Assembly: GCA_902610585.1 (NCBI GenBank)
Contig: CACLWE010000006.1
Coordinates: 9,378-73,377, forward strand
DNA: 64,000 nt
Source: an uncultured Pelagibacteraceae bacterium
GTDB lineage: Bacteria > Pseudomonadota > Alphaproteobacteria > Pelagibacterales > AG-422-B15
Direction: 5' to 3'
Shown: piece after piece, positions 29,066 to 38,443 of the stretch
How the letters are laid out: every line of letters begins with the position of its first letter
Position numbering within the stretch: position 1 is the first letter of the stretch
Program-made: the position numbers and the translations under genes
Notes under the pieces: model-generated
Told to the model about the DNA's origin: nothing
The model's database searches: none
The model's input: the letters and a program-made list of their open reading frames with translations, nothing else

Positions 29066-30772
29066 TTAATCTTCTTTTTTGTCTCTACCTAAAGCTTTTC
29101 CTAGTATTGCTCCAAGTGAGGCACCCGAGTCTTTTGATCCATATTTTTCCATAGCTTCTTTTTCAATTGCTTCTTCCATAGCCCTTATAGACAAACTCAC
29201 TTTATAATTAGAGGCATCAATATTTGTTATTGAGGCATCTAACTTATCGTTTTTTGCCCATCGATCCGGTCTAGCATCAGATTTTCTAAGTGCTAGATCT
29301 GATTTTTTTATTAATGTAACGGGTCCTTTGTCACCAATCTTAACTTTCACACCATAGTCCCCAGTTTCAAGCACACTACAGGTTACAACGTCACCTTTAA
29401 CTTTTTCTCTAATTTCGTCATACGGGTTTCCATTAACTTCTCTTACAGAAAGGGCAACCTTTTCATTTTCATGCGAAATAATTTTAACCTTAACCTTATC
29501 CCCAATTTTATATTTCTTGACTTCTTCTTTTTGATCGGCATCCCAAGATAAGTCTTTACTAAAAATTGCACCATCAATTTCACCATCTAAATTACAAAAA
29601 AGTATACCATCTTTAATATTTGAGATTGTGGTATCCACAACCTTACCAATCGGATTCTCTTCACTAAATTTTTGCCAAGGATTCGGAAGTAATTGTTTTA
29701 TTCCCAAACTTAATCTTCTTTTTTCGTGGTCAATTTCAAGAATTTGACAATCTACAGACTGGGATCTCGCATATAAATTGCCAGGCTTTGAGTTTTGCTT
29801 ATTGCTCCAAGTAAGCATGTCTTTGTGACAAAGACCTTCTACACCATTCTCAATTTCAATAAAGATTCCATAGTCAGTCACATTTGTTACAACGCCTGTG
29901 ACCTTATCATTAACATTAAACTTATCTTTAACTTTATTCCATGGATCATCTTCGAGCTGTTTCATTCCAACAGATACTCGATTCTTCTCAGGATCTACTT
30001 TTATAATTTTTACTCTAACTTTTTGATCTATCTTTAAAACTTCTGAAGGATGGCCAATTCTTTTGTATGTAATATCACTGCTATGGAGCAAAGAATCATA
30101 ACTACCTAAGTCCACAAATGCACCATAATCAGTAATTGCTTTTATTTTACCATCGACAACATCACCTAATTTGAGTTGTAAAAACCGTTCCTCCCTGACT
30201 TCTTTGTGCATTTCTTCAAGTACAGCTCTTCTACTTACTACGATATTGTTTCTTTTGAGGTCCATTTTTAGAATTTTAAATTTTTGAGGGACGTCAATTA
30301 GATGACTTATATCTCTTACAGGTCTTGTATCAATTTGACTACCGGGTAAAAAAGCTGTGACCCCTATTTCACAAGATAATCCTCCTTTTACTTTACCAGT
30401 AATAACACCTTCAACAAGTTCTCCAGCTTCGAATGATTTTTCAATTTCTCCCCAGATCTCTTTTGATTTTGCCTTTGATCTAGATAAAATACATTCTCCA
30501 TTATGATTTTCTATTTTATCTAAGTAAACATCAATGGTATCACCCACTAATAGCTCTTTTTGATCTTTTTGGAATGCAAATTCTCTTTTGGAAATTCTTC
30601 CTTCCACTTTTGCTCCAATATCAACTATTATCGCATCATCTTCAATTTCAGCTATCTTACCTTTTATAATCGTACCTTCTTTAAGTTTTGAATTGTTTAT
30701 GGATTCAGCTAGTAATGAGTCAAATTCTTTTGAGCTTAAATTCTCTATGGACTCTTGTTTCATATTATTCAT
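29066..30772 (-). CDS. rpsA: 30S ribosomal protein S1
   Basis: 568 aa with six S1 repeats (G.V..I...G.FV.L). Confidence 0.95.
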   Translation of the reverse strand: MNNMKQESIENLSSKEFDSLLAESINNSKLKEGTIIKGKIAEIEDDAIIVDIGAKVEGRISKREFAFQKDQKELLVGDTIDVYLDKIENHNGECILSRSKAKSKEIWGEIEKSFEAGELVEGVITGKVKGGLSCEIGVTAFLPGSQIDTRPVRDISHLIDVPQKFKILKMDLKRNNIVVSRRAVLEEMHKEVREERFLQLKLGDVVDGKIKAITDYGAFVDLGSYDSLLHSSDITYKRIGHPSEVLKIDQKVRVKIIKVDPEKNRVSVGMKQLEDDPWNKVKDKFNVNDKVTGVVTNVTDYGIFIEIENGVEGLCHKDMLTWSNKQNSKPGNLYARSQSVDCQILEIDHEKRRLSLGIKQLLPNPWQKFSEENPIGKVVDTTISNIKDGILFCNLDGEIDGAIFSKDLSWDADQKEEVKKYKIGDKVKVKIISHENEKVALSVREVNGNPYDEIREKVKGDVVTCSVLETGDYGVKVKIGDKGPVTLIKKSDLALRKSDARPDRWAKNDKLDASITNIDASNYKVSLSIRAMEEAIEKEAMEKYGSKDSGASLGAILGKALGRDKKED

Positions 30773-31401
30773 CTTTTCAATAAATTCTTAATAACACCAA
30801 AAGCTTGTTCTATATCAAGATAACTTGTATCTAGCAATACTGAATTTGCAGCGGGTTTAAGTGGCGCAATTATTCTATTTAAATCCATATAATCTCGAGC
30901 AATTATTTTACTATATATTTGTTTTAACTGCGCTTTTTCGCCTTTTTTTATAATTTGTTCATACCGTCTTTTTGCTCTAATTTTTGCATCAGCCCAGAGA
31001 AAAATTTTATATTTAGCATTTGGAAATATTTCTGTTCCTATGTCCCTACCCTCAATTATTGCAAATTTCTTACCGCTCGCATACTTTTCGGGAAATTTTT
31101 TTTGATAGATACCAAGTACATCTCTTAGATATTTCCTCACAGATATCTTAGAAGCTATACTATCAATTTCGTGAGAAAATAATTTTTTAGAATTTAAGTC
31201 ATCAGCAGTTAACAGCTTAGCGGCCTTTATAATATTTTTTCTATCATTAATATTTATTTTTTTATCTTTTATTTGTAATGCAATCGCACGATATAGTCTT
31301 CCACTATTTAGCAATGGAGATTTATAATATTTTGAAATTCTTTTTGCTAATGTAGATTTGCCTACCGATGCCGGTCCATCAATTGTGATAATCTCGACCA
31401 T
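30769..31401 (-). CDS. cmk: cytidylate kinase
   Basis: P-loop IDGPASVGKST. cmk-rpsA synteny. Confidence 0.9.
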   Translation of the reverse strand: MVEIITIDGPASVGKSTLAKRISKYYKSPLLNSGRLYRAIALQIKDKKININDRKNIIKAAKLLTADDLNSKKLFSHEIDSIASKISVRKYLRDVLGIYQKKFPEKYASGKKFAIIEGRDIGTEIFPNAKYKIFLWADAKIRAKRRYEQIIKKGEKAQLKQIYSKIIARDYMDLNRIIAPLKPAANSVLLDTSYLDIEQAFGVIKNLLKR

Positions 31402-31407
31402 ATTCTC

Positions 31408-32688
31408 TTATAATAAATAATTTAGATGTTTTTCAAAATCAGGATAGCTAATACTTATACATTTTTTATTATCAATTATTAATTTATTTTCGTAAAGAAC
31501 ATTAAGAATAGATAATGACATTGCAATTCTATGATCATCAAAAGTTTTCACTTTTATATTTCGTTTTACCTGATTTTTTTTTCCACTAATCAATACATTA
31601 TTGTTTTCCTCTTTTATATCTATGCCTAATTTCTTTAAATTATATACGATACTATTGATCCTATCACTTTCCTTGTATCTCAGTTCTTCTAAACCATACA
31701 TAACTGTTTTTCCTCTGGCTTGAGACGCTGCGATAGATAATATTGGATATTCATCAATTAAAAATGCAGATTGAGAAGAAGGAATATTTACTCCTTTTAA
31801 ATTACTATATTCTACTGAAATATTTCCTATAGTTTCTCCACATAGTTTTTTTGTTTTTTTGACCTTTATCTTTCCCCCCATACTCTTCAGTATTTTTATA
31901 AATGCAATTCTTGAAGTGTTTAACATAACGTTTTTTAGTTTAATTTTAGATTTAGGCAAAATTAATGCACCAACAATAAAAAATGAGGCACTCGATGGGT
32001 CTCCTGCAACTTCGATATTTTTGGATTTAATTTCGTAAGGCCCATTCAATTCAATTTGTGTTAGCTTGTTTTTTGTTTTTTTTATTTTAAATTTTACGTT
32101 TAAATATTTTAAAAGTCTTTCGGTATGATCTCTTGTAGGAATACTTTCAACAATTTTGGTCTTTCCATGAATGTTTAGCCCTGCAAGTATTAAAGAAGAT
32201 TTGATTTGTGCAGAAGCTTTCTGAATTTTATGACTTATTGGTATTAATTTGTCGCTTCCTGTAATAATTAGCGGCAAGTAGTCTTTTTTAGTTAAGTGAA
32301 CAATTGCTCCAATTTTTTCTAAGTGCTGTGTTACTCTTGACATTGACCTTTTACTTAATGATTTGTCACCTATAAAAGTACAATTGATTGGATTAGAAGA
32401 TACAGCGCCTATCATAAGACGAGCAGTCGTACCACTGTTGCCACAGTCAAGAAATTCATTTGGCTCTATGAAACCGTTAGTTCCGTTACCGTAAACTAGC
32501 CAAGTATCCTGTTCTTTAATAATTTTGATGCCCAATTCTTTTAAAATGTTTAAAGTTCTCATAACATCATCAGACTCTAACAAATTTGTAATTTTTGTCT
32601 TACCTGTAGACATTGCCGATAATATTAAGGCTCTATGTGAAATAGATTTATCGCCTGAAATCTTTAATGTACCTTTAAAACGTAGCAC
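31408..32688 (-). CDS. aroA: 3-phosphoshikimate 1-carboxyvinyltransferase (EPSP synthase)
   Basis: LKISGDKSISHRALIL start and GNSGTTARL motif. 426 aa. Confidence 0.9.
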   Translation of the reverse strand: MLRFKGTLKISGDKSISHRALILSAMSTGKTKITNLLESDDVMRTLNILKELGIKIIKEQDTWLVYGNGTNGFIEPNEFLDCGNSGTTARLMIGAVSSNPINCTFIGDKSLSKRSMSRVTQHLEKIGAIVHLTKKDYLPLIITGSDKLIPISHKIQKASAQIKSSLILAGLNIHGKTKIVESIPTRDHTERLLKYLNVKFKIKKTKNKLTQIELNGPYEIKSKNIEVAGDPSSASFFIVGALILPKSKIKLKNVMLNTSRIAFIKILKSMGGKIKVKKTKKLCGETIGNISVEYSNLKGVNIPSSQSAFLIDEYPILSIAASQARGKTVMYGLEELRYKESDRINSIVYNLKKLGIDIKEENNNVLISGKKNQVKRNIKVKTFDDHRIAMSLSILNVLYENKLIIDNKKCISISYPDFEKHLNYLL

Positions 32689-32781
32689 TTTTTATATTGT
32701 CAATTTATTTTGTTAGTCTAAAGTTATATATTATTTATTTGATTTGTATCAAAATTTTATACCGTAAAAATTAGGGGATTA

Positions 32782-33153
32782 ATGATGCCAAAAGTGGAGT
32801 GGGGGAAGAAAGTAGTTTGTTTAAATTGTGAAACTAAATTCTATGACTTGAACAGAAAACCAGCAATTTGCCCCAACTGTGGAACTGAGTACAATGATGC
32901 TTCTATTGATTTGGTTGCTTCGAAAGCTAAACAGGTTTTTACAGATGAAGTAGATACAACAACTGATGACAATTTAGTTGGAAGTGATGCTTCCGAGTCT
33001 ATTGCTGAAGTTGAAGACATAGAAATTGAAGACGCAATTGATGATGACACAATAAGTCTAGAAGACTCTGAAAATGATGTCCAAGTGATTTCTGATGAAG
33101 TAGATGATCTTGATATTGTTGAAAGCAATCCAGAAAATATTGAAGAACAATAG
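32782..33153 (+). CDS. TIGR02300 (FYDLN_acid) family zinc-ribbon protein with an acidic tail
   Basis: CLNCETKFYDLNRKPAICPNCG motif followed by a D/E-rich C-terminus. Confidence 0.7.
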   Translation: MMPKVEWGKKVVCLNCETKFYDLNRKPAICPNCGTEYNDASIDLVASKAKQVFTDEVDTTTDDNLVGSDASESIAEVEDIEIEDAIDDDTISLEDSENDVQVISDEVDDLDIVESNPENIEEQ

Positions 33154-33155
33154 TT

Positions 33156-33231
33156 GGGGCTATAGCTCATCAGGGAGAGCGCGTCGCTGGCAGTGACGAG
33201 GTGGTCGGTTCAAGTCCGACTAGCTCCACCA
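33156..33231 (+). tRNA. tRNA-Ala (anticodon GGC)
   Basis: Hand-folded cloverleaf. Acceptor GGGGCTA/TAGCTCC includes the G3:U70 alanine identity pair. Anticodon loop CTGGCAG. T-arm GTCGG-TTCAAGT-CCGAC. Encoded CCA. Confidence 0.9.
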
Positions 33232-33984
33232 TTAATATTTAAATGAGTCTCCCAGATAAAATTTACGAGCATCCTCGTTGCCAAGTATTTTATCGCTTTC
33301 ACCTTCAGCAATTATTTCACCAGAGTGCATTACATATGAATAGTCACATATATCTAATACCTCTCTTACATTATGGTCAGTAATTAAGACACCAATGTTT
33401 TTATTCATTAACTGTTTTATCAAAATTTTTATGTCGTCTATCCCTATGGGATCAACACCCGCAGTCGGTTCGTCCATTAATATTATGCTTGGATTAGAGC
33501 AGAGACACCTGGCAATTTCAGTCCTTCTTCTCTCTCCACCACTTAACATATGAGGCATTGCCCTTCGAAGATGTGTGAGTGAAAACTCAGTAAGCAACTC
33601 CTCTAATATATTTTGTTTTTGATCTTTTGGATGATTTTGAGTTTCGAGTATTGATAATAAATTATTTTCGACCGACATTCCTCTAAAGATGGAAGGCTGC
33701 TGGGGTAAAAATCCGATTCCTAATCTTGCCCTTTTATACATTGGTAAAGATGTAAGATGTTTATCATCAAGTAAAATTTCACCTCCGTCACAATCAATCA
33801 AGCCCATGATCATATAGAATGTTGTTGTTTTACCGGCACCATTCGGGCCTAGTAGTCCAATGGTCTTACCTCTCTGGAGCTTTAAACTTACATCTCTCAC
33901 TATTTGCTTTTGAGACAAAGTTTTTCTAAGGTTATTAACTACAAGACCATTTTTTGATGAGACTAGCTTTGGTTTCAATGTCAT
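33232..33984 (-). CDS. lptB: LPS export ABC transporter ATP-binding protein
   Basis: Walker A GPNGAGKTT, signature LSGGERRR, Walker B ILMDEP. lptC-lptA-lptB synteny. Confidence 0.9.
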   Translation of the reverse strand: MTLKPKLVSSKNGLVVNNLRKTLSQKQIVRDVSLKLQRGKTIGLLGPNGAGKTTTFYMIMGLIDCDGGEILLDDKHLTSLPMYKRARLGIGFLPQQPSIFRGMSVENNLLSILETQNHPKDQKQNILEELLTEFSLTHLRRAMPHMLSGGERRRTEIARCLCSNPSIILMDEPTAGVDPIGIDDIKILIKQLMNKNIGVLITDHNVREVLDICDYSYVMHSGEIIAEGESDKILGNEDARKFYLGDSFKY

Positions 33985-33993
33985 TTTTACTAT

Positions 33994-34443
33994 CTAATTA
34001 TTTTCTATAAAAGCCTTCACTCTTTCAGACGAATTGCTTTTCATTATACTTATTGAGTTTTTAATATCCAGGAATAGTTCATCGCATTTAACATAATTGT
34101 TATTTTCTATAACTTCTACATTACCATACATATTAAGTGTATCTGTATTTGGGTTATATATACCTATTTCTCCTATTGCAGTTATTCCCTCGTTTATAAT
34201 CTTAACTTTGTTTTCAGCATTTATTACTTCAATTTCGTTTCCATCATTGTAAAATTTAACAATTAAACTTTCAGACCATATGTCAATATCTTCATTATAA
34301 GCATGTACATTTCCTGTAAAAATTGAAATATTATTATTACGATCAATCTCTAGCTTTTCAGAATTTATATTTAATTCATTTGCGTATGCATTACAAAAAA
34401 TAATTGAATTTAAATAACAGAGATACAATAGATGCTTGAACAT
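33994..34443 (-). CDS. lptA: LPS transport periplasmic protein LptA (OstA-like)
   Basis: Signal peptide, 149 aa, repetitive beta-strand N/I/E-rich sequence. Position between lptC and lptB. Confidence 0.65.
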   Translation of the reverse strand: MFKHLLYLCYLNSIIFCNAYANELNINSEKLEIDRNNNISIFTGNVHAYNEDIDIWSESLIVKFYNDGNEIEVINAENKVKIINEGITAIGEIGIYNPNTDTLNMYGNVEVIENNNYVKCDELFLDIKNSISIMKSNSSERVKAFIENN

Positions 34444-34956
34444 TTAATTTACTCTTTTTATTATTGATTTTACATTTCCTAAATAGAGTATTTTATTAAA
34501 GTTATTTGAAACTACTGAGGTATCCGAAAGTACCAGCCCTTTGGTATTTTCATGGCTAACGTTTTCATTAAATTTAATTATGTCTTTATTCATGTCGAAT
34601 GTTGCGTGGTTCGAACTAATTTTTTCACCATCATCAGTATAAAAAATAATATTATCTTCTAACTCTATATGATTATTTGTTTGTGAAAAATTTCCCTTAT
34701 CTGCCTCTAAATAGATCCATTTTCCATCATTTCCAGTTTTAAATTTTCCCTCTACAGTAACAAGTTTCAGTTCATTCTCTGATTTAAACCCTTTGATAGC
34801 TTTGATTTCGTAGATTTTATCGTTAAGTCCTTTTTCAGAAAACTTTGGATTATCTATTTCAATGATTAATTCATTACAGATGGTGTTAGATATTGATATT
34901 AAAAAAAAAATAGTTATTAAAATAAAGTTCTTCAAATTTAATTTATTAGTTAACAT
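34444..34956 (-). CDS. lptC: LPS export system protein LptC
   Basis: N-terminal TM anchor, 170 aa. Position between kdsD and lptA. Confidence 0.6.
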   Translation of the reverse strand: MLTNKLNLKNFILITIFFLISISNTICNELIIEIDNPKFSEKGLNDKIYEIKAIKGFKSENELKLVTVEGKFKTGNDGKWIYLEADKGNFSQTNNHIELEDNIIFYTDDGEKISSNHATFDMNKDIIKFNENVSHENTKGLVLSDTSVVSNNFNKILYLGNVKSIIKRVN

Positions 34957-35911
34957 ATCTTAAGCAATCATGAATATGAATTATGCCAATAGGACACTTA
35001 TCTTTTTCTTTTTTGATTACAAATAAACAGGTAATTTTATTTTTATTCATAATATTTAGTGCATCAACAACAAGAACTTCTTTCTCAACAAGTTTAGGCA
35101 TAGATGTCATTATTTGTTTAGCTTTACATTGGAAAAAATGTTTATCGATATTTCTCCTCAAATCACCGTCAGTAATTATTCCAATTAATTGACCTTTTTT
35201 ATTCTTTACACCTACATGGCCAAAAGATTTTTTTGTCATTTCAATAATTACAGATTTCATACTTGCATTTTCCAAGACTATTGGCATTTCATTTTTAGAA
35301 TGCATAATTTCTTTAACTTGAAGCATTCTTAGCCCAAGTGAACCACCAGGATGCAATTTTTTATAGTCTGAAACCTTAAATTTCTTTAATTTCATAAGTG
35401 AAACACTCAAAGCATCCCCTACAATGAGGGACATTGTTGTTGACGTTGTAGGTGCTAATCCAATAGAACATGCCTCAGCGGCATTTGGCAATATTAGGCT
35501 AATATCTGAAGCTTTGATCAGATCACTTTCAGCGTTAGATGATATTCCTATTATTGAGATTGAATATTCTTTAGCAAAATGTAGCAGATTTTTTAATTCG
35601 TTACTGTTTCCTGAATTAGATATAACAATCAGAGCGTCTTTTTTTGAAATTACGCCCAAGTCGCCATGACTCATATCTGTTGGTGAACAGTATTGCGAGG
35701 GAGTTCCAGTAGAGCTCAGTGTGCTTGATATTTTGCTTGCAACATGACCAGATTTTCCAACTCCTGTAACTATAACTCTGCCTTTGACCTTTGAAAGAGC
35801 TCTAACAGCCTTGTCAAAATTTTTATCAATCGTCTTAATGAGTTTATTAATGCCTTTTAACTCTGTACGAATTACTTCTTTTCCATTTTTTATTATCGTG
35901 CTTCTATTCAT
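34946..35911 (-). CDS. kdsD: arabinose-5-phosphate isomerase (KpsF/GutQ family; SIS plus tandem CBS domains)
   Basis: SIS motif VTGVGKSGHV. The C-terminal part has two CBS-like repeats. Confidence 0.85.
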   Translation of the reverse strand: MNRSTIIKNGKEVIRTELKGINKLIKTIDKNFDKAVRALSKVKGRVIVTGVGKSGHVASKISSTLSSTGTPSQYCSPTDMSHGDLGVISKKDALIVISNSGNSNELKNLLHFAKEYSISIIGISSNAESDLIKASDISLILPNAAEACSIGLAPTTSTTMSLIVGDALSVSLMKLKKFKVSDYKKLHPGGSLGLRMLQVKEIMHSKNEMPIVLENASMKSVIIEMTKKSFGHVGVKNKKGQLIGIITDGDLRRNIDKHFFQCKAKQIMTSMPKLVEKEVLVVDALNIMNKNKITCLFVIKKEKDKCPIGIIHIHDCLRYVN

Positions 35912-35914
35912 TTC

Positions 35915-36526
35915 TTAACTGGAATGTGAAAATATATCATTACTCCAGCCTCTCAAATCTAATTCTACTCGTGTTGGCAAAAATTCTAGGCATGATTGGA
36001 CAAGTTGTTTTCTATTTTGTCTTTCAAGGATCTCGTCTAATTTTTCCATTATATTATGTAAATACATAACGTCTGTTGCAGCATAATTAATTTGTTCCTT
36101 AGTTAAATTCGGATTTGACCAGTCACTTGATTGTAGTTTTTTTGAAATATCTACGTTTAACAATTCTTTACATAAATCTCTATAACCATGTCCTTGGGAG
36201 TAAGTTCTTGCTATCTTTGAGCTAATTTTGGTGCAATAAACATTTCTGATCATAATGTTTAAATCATGTTTAATAGCTGCCAGATCGTGTCGAGCATAAT
36301 GAAAAATAAATTTTTTATCACTACCTAATAGTCGTTTAAGATTTGGAGCATCAAAGTTTTGGTCAATAAACTGTACGAGATGACAATCGCCGCTTCCATC
36401 AAAAAGTTGAATTAAGCAAAGAGGATCTCTATTTGGTTGAAGTCCCATCATTTCGCAATCTGCAGCTACAATATTTGAAAAATCAATGCCATCACTCAAA
36501 TCATTTTTGTGTAAAATAGTTTGCAT
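35915..36526 (-). CDS. 3'-5' exonuclease, short ribonuclease D-like (DEDDy domain only)
   Basis: Motifs ADCEMMGL, HYARHDL and YAATDVMYL. Confidence 0.7.
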   Translation of the reverse strand: MQTILHKNDLSDGIDFSNIVAADCEMMGLQPNRDPLCLIQLFDGSGDCHLVQFIDQNFDAPNLKRLLGSDKKFIFHYARHDLAAIKHDLNIMIRNVYCTKISSKIARTYSQGHGYRDLCKELLNVDISKKLQSSDWSNPNLTKEQINYAATDVMYLHNIMEKLDEILERQNRKQLVQSCLEFLPTRVELDLRGWSNDIFSHSS

Positions 36527-36578
36527 TGTATAAGATTTACTCTATTTCATTTCAGTACATAAGGTATATTTAAAAAAT

Positions 36579-37481
36579 ATGAAGAAAAAAACGATCACAT
36601 TAATTGGTGGATCTGGGTTTTTGGCTAAATATTGTATTTCCGAACTTCTTAAAGAGGGTCACAATTTAAAAATTGTATGCAGAAATCCTCATTTGGCTGG
36701 TCACTTGAGAATAATGGCGCCAATAGAGCAGTTAGATATTGTAAAAGGCAATATTATGCTTAAGCACACAATTGAGCCACATATAAAAAACTCTAATGTT
36801 GTCATTAATTTTGTAGGTGTTTTAAATGATAGTTCTGGTGGTCAATCTTTCGTAAATTGCCATTCTTTAGGGCCAAAAAATATCGCAGATTTATGTGCAA
36901 AATATAAGGTTGAGAAATTTATACATTTTTCATCAATTGGAGCTGATATTGAAAGCGATTCAAAATATCAACAATCAAAAGGCTTGGGAGAGCAAAAAAT
37001 TCAAAAGATTTATCCCAACACAATCATAATAAGACCATCAATAGTTTTTGGACCTGGTGATGGTTTCTTTTCAGTTCAAGCCAAATTATTAAAAAGTTTA
37101 CCAGTTGTACCATTGTTTGCTAATAACAAATACCAATGTGTTTATGTTAAAGATATTGCCAAAGCTATAAATAGACTTCTTTTGGACGACAAATATAATG
37201 GAAAGATTTTTGAATTTGGTGGACCGGAAAAAATGAGCTTAAAAGAAATATACCAATTAATTTTAGATACTTTAAAAATTAAAAGACTAATAGTTCCAGT
37301 TCCATTGTCTTTTGCGAACTTTATTGCGTTTATGATGCTGCCCTTACCCTCTCCACTAATAACTTTTGATCAAGTAAAACTTCTAAGAAAAGATAATGTC
37401 ATCTCTGAAACTGAATTTAATTTAGAAAAATTAGGAATTGAACCAAGTTCGCCAAGAAGTATTATAAGTACATATATTTGA
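36579..37481 (+). CDS. NAD(P)-binding SDR/epimerase-fold protein, complex I NDUFA9-like family
   Basis: Rossmann motif GGSGFLAKY. About 300 aa, of the type common in alphaproteobacteria. Confidence 0.65.
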   Translation: MKKKTITLIGGSGFLAKYCISELLKEGHNLKIVCRNPHLAGHLRIMAPIEQLDIVKGNIMLKHTIEPHIKNSNVVINFVGVLNDSSGGQSFVNCHSLGPKNIADLCAKYKVEKFIHFSSIGADIESDSKYQQSKGLGEQKIQKIYPNTIIIRPSIVFGPGDGFFSVQAKLLKSLPVVPLFANNKYQCVYVKDIAKAINRLLLDDKYNGKIFEFGGPEKMSLKEIYQLILDTLKIKRLIVPVPLSFANFIAFMMLPLPSPLITFDQVKLLRKDNVISETEFNLEKLGIEPSSPRSIISTYI

Positions 37482-37485
37482 TTGT

Positions 37486-38283
37486 TTAAGTGAAATAAAT
37501 CAAAATTATCGATCCAAGTATTATTCGATAAATTACAAATGGTATCATCGAATTATTTTTTACCCAATTCAACAATATACTTATTGATAAGTATGCAGTA
37601 ATGAAAGAAATAATAAAACCGATAAATAAATACAAAAAATTTATTGCAATTGAGTCATTTGCTATTTCAATAGCAGGAATTGAGGCTGATATTAGTATTA
37701 CAGGTATTGATAAGAGCATTGAAAATTTTGCAGCCTCGACTCTATTTAAACCGACTATTCTTGAACCCGTATAAACAACACCTGCTCTTGAAGCACCTGG
37801 AATAATCGCGAAAATTTGAAAAAAACCAACAACAAGAGATTTCTTATAAGATAGATTATCCACTTTAAGACTTTCGTCATTAGATCTGATATCCGCAAAA
37901 TAAAGCGCTAAACCAAAGACTATAGTTGATAGACCTATAAAATGTAGATCTCTGAAGATTTCAGCAAAACCAGACATATAAGCTAGGCCACCAATAAAAA
38001 TTATAGGTAATGATGCAACGATCAAATTTTGATTTATCTTTGTTTTAGATATTTTGTTCGACGAAAAGAAAGGCATTATGAATTTAAAGAAGTTAAGTGC
38101 CTCGGTTCTAAAATAGATCAATACAGCCATCAAAGTGCCTAAATGAAGGCTTATATCAAGAGATAAATTTTCTCTTATATTCATCATTTCTGCAGTAATA
38201 AGCAAGTGAGCGGAACTTGAAATTGGTAGGAATTCAGTAATTCCTTGAATAATTGCTAAAATAATTACAGGAAAAATATGCAT
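37486..38283 (-). CDS. uppP: undecaprenyl-diphosphate phosphatase
   Basis: BacA family motifs (QGITEFLPISSSAHL; PGASRAG). Confidence 0.9.
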   Translation of the reverse strand: MHIFPVIILAIIQGITEFLPISSSAHLLITAEMMNIRENLSLDISLHLGTLMAVLIYFRTEALNFFKFIMPFFSSNKISKTKINQNLIVASLPIIFIGGLAYMSGFAEIFRDLHFIGLSTIVFGLALYFADIRSNDESLKVDNLSYKKSLVVGFFQIFAIIPGASRAGVVYTGSRIVGLNRVEAAKFSMLLSIPVILISASIPAIEIANDSIAINFLYLFIGFIISFITAYLSISILLNWVKNNSMIPFVIYRIILGSIILIYFT

Positions 38284-38337
38284 AACAGATATGAAAAAAT
38301 AGAGTTTTACGCCAAATAGGCAAGCAAAAGTTCTATT

Positions 38338-38434
38338 TATGTCATAATGTATGACTATTAATATATTATTAGACTGATATAAAACTACTCAAATTATTAA
38401 TGAGATTCTATATATGTCAATAATTATGACATAA
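38338..38434. promoter_or_regulatory. candidate operator pair upstream of gltD: identical 11-mer TTATGTCATAA in inverted orientation, each copy inside a local palindrome
   Basis: TTATGTCATAA at 38338-38348 (+) and its exact reverse complement at 38424-38434. Local palindromes are GTCATA-N3-TATGAC (38341-38355) and TATGTCA-N7-TGACATA (38413-38433). The second ends 10 nt before the gltD ATG. Confidence 0.3.
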
Positions 38435-38443
38435 TTAAAAATT

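Noticed and set aside
32841-33170. A 109-aa serine-rich minus-strand ORF, together with apparent periodicity in the GAT/GAA-rich stretch 32940..33150 (a possible tandem repeat).
   Set aside because: It is the antisense image of the acidic D/E tail of the TIGR02300 protein. The periodicity is codon-level low complexity, not a discrete repeat unit or CRISPR-like array.
33985-33993. Absence of rpoN/hpf/ptsN downstream of lptB, treated as a deletion scar.
   Set aside because: lptB is followed directly by a convergent tRNA and intact genes with no remnant sequence. Lack of rpoN is consistent with a reduced sigma-factor repertoire in streamlined genomes and cannot be evaluated from one window.
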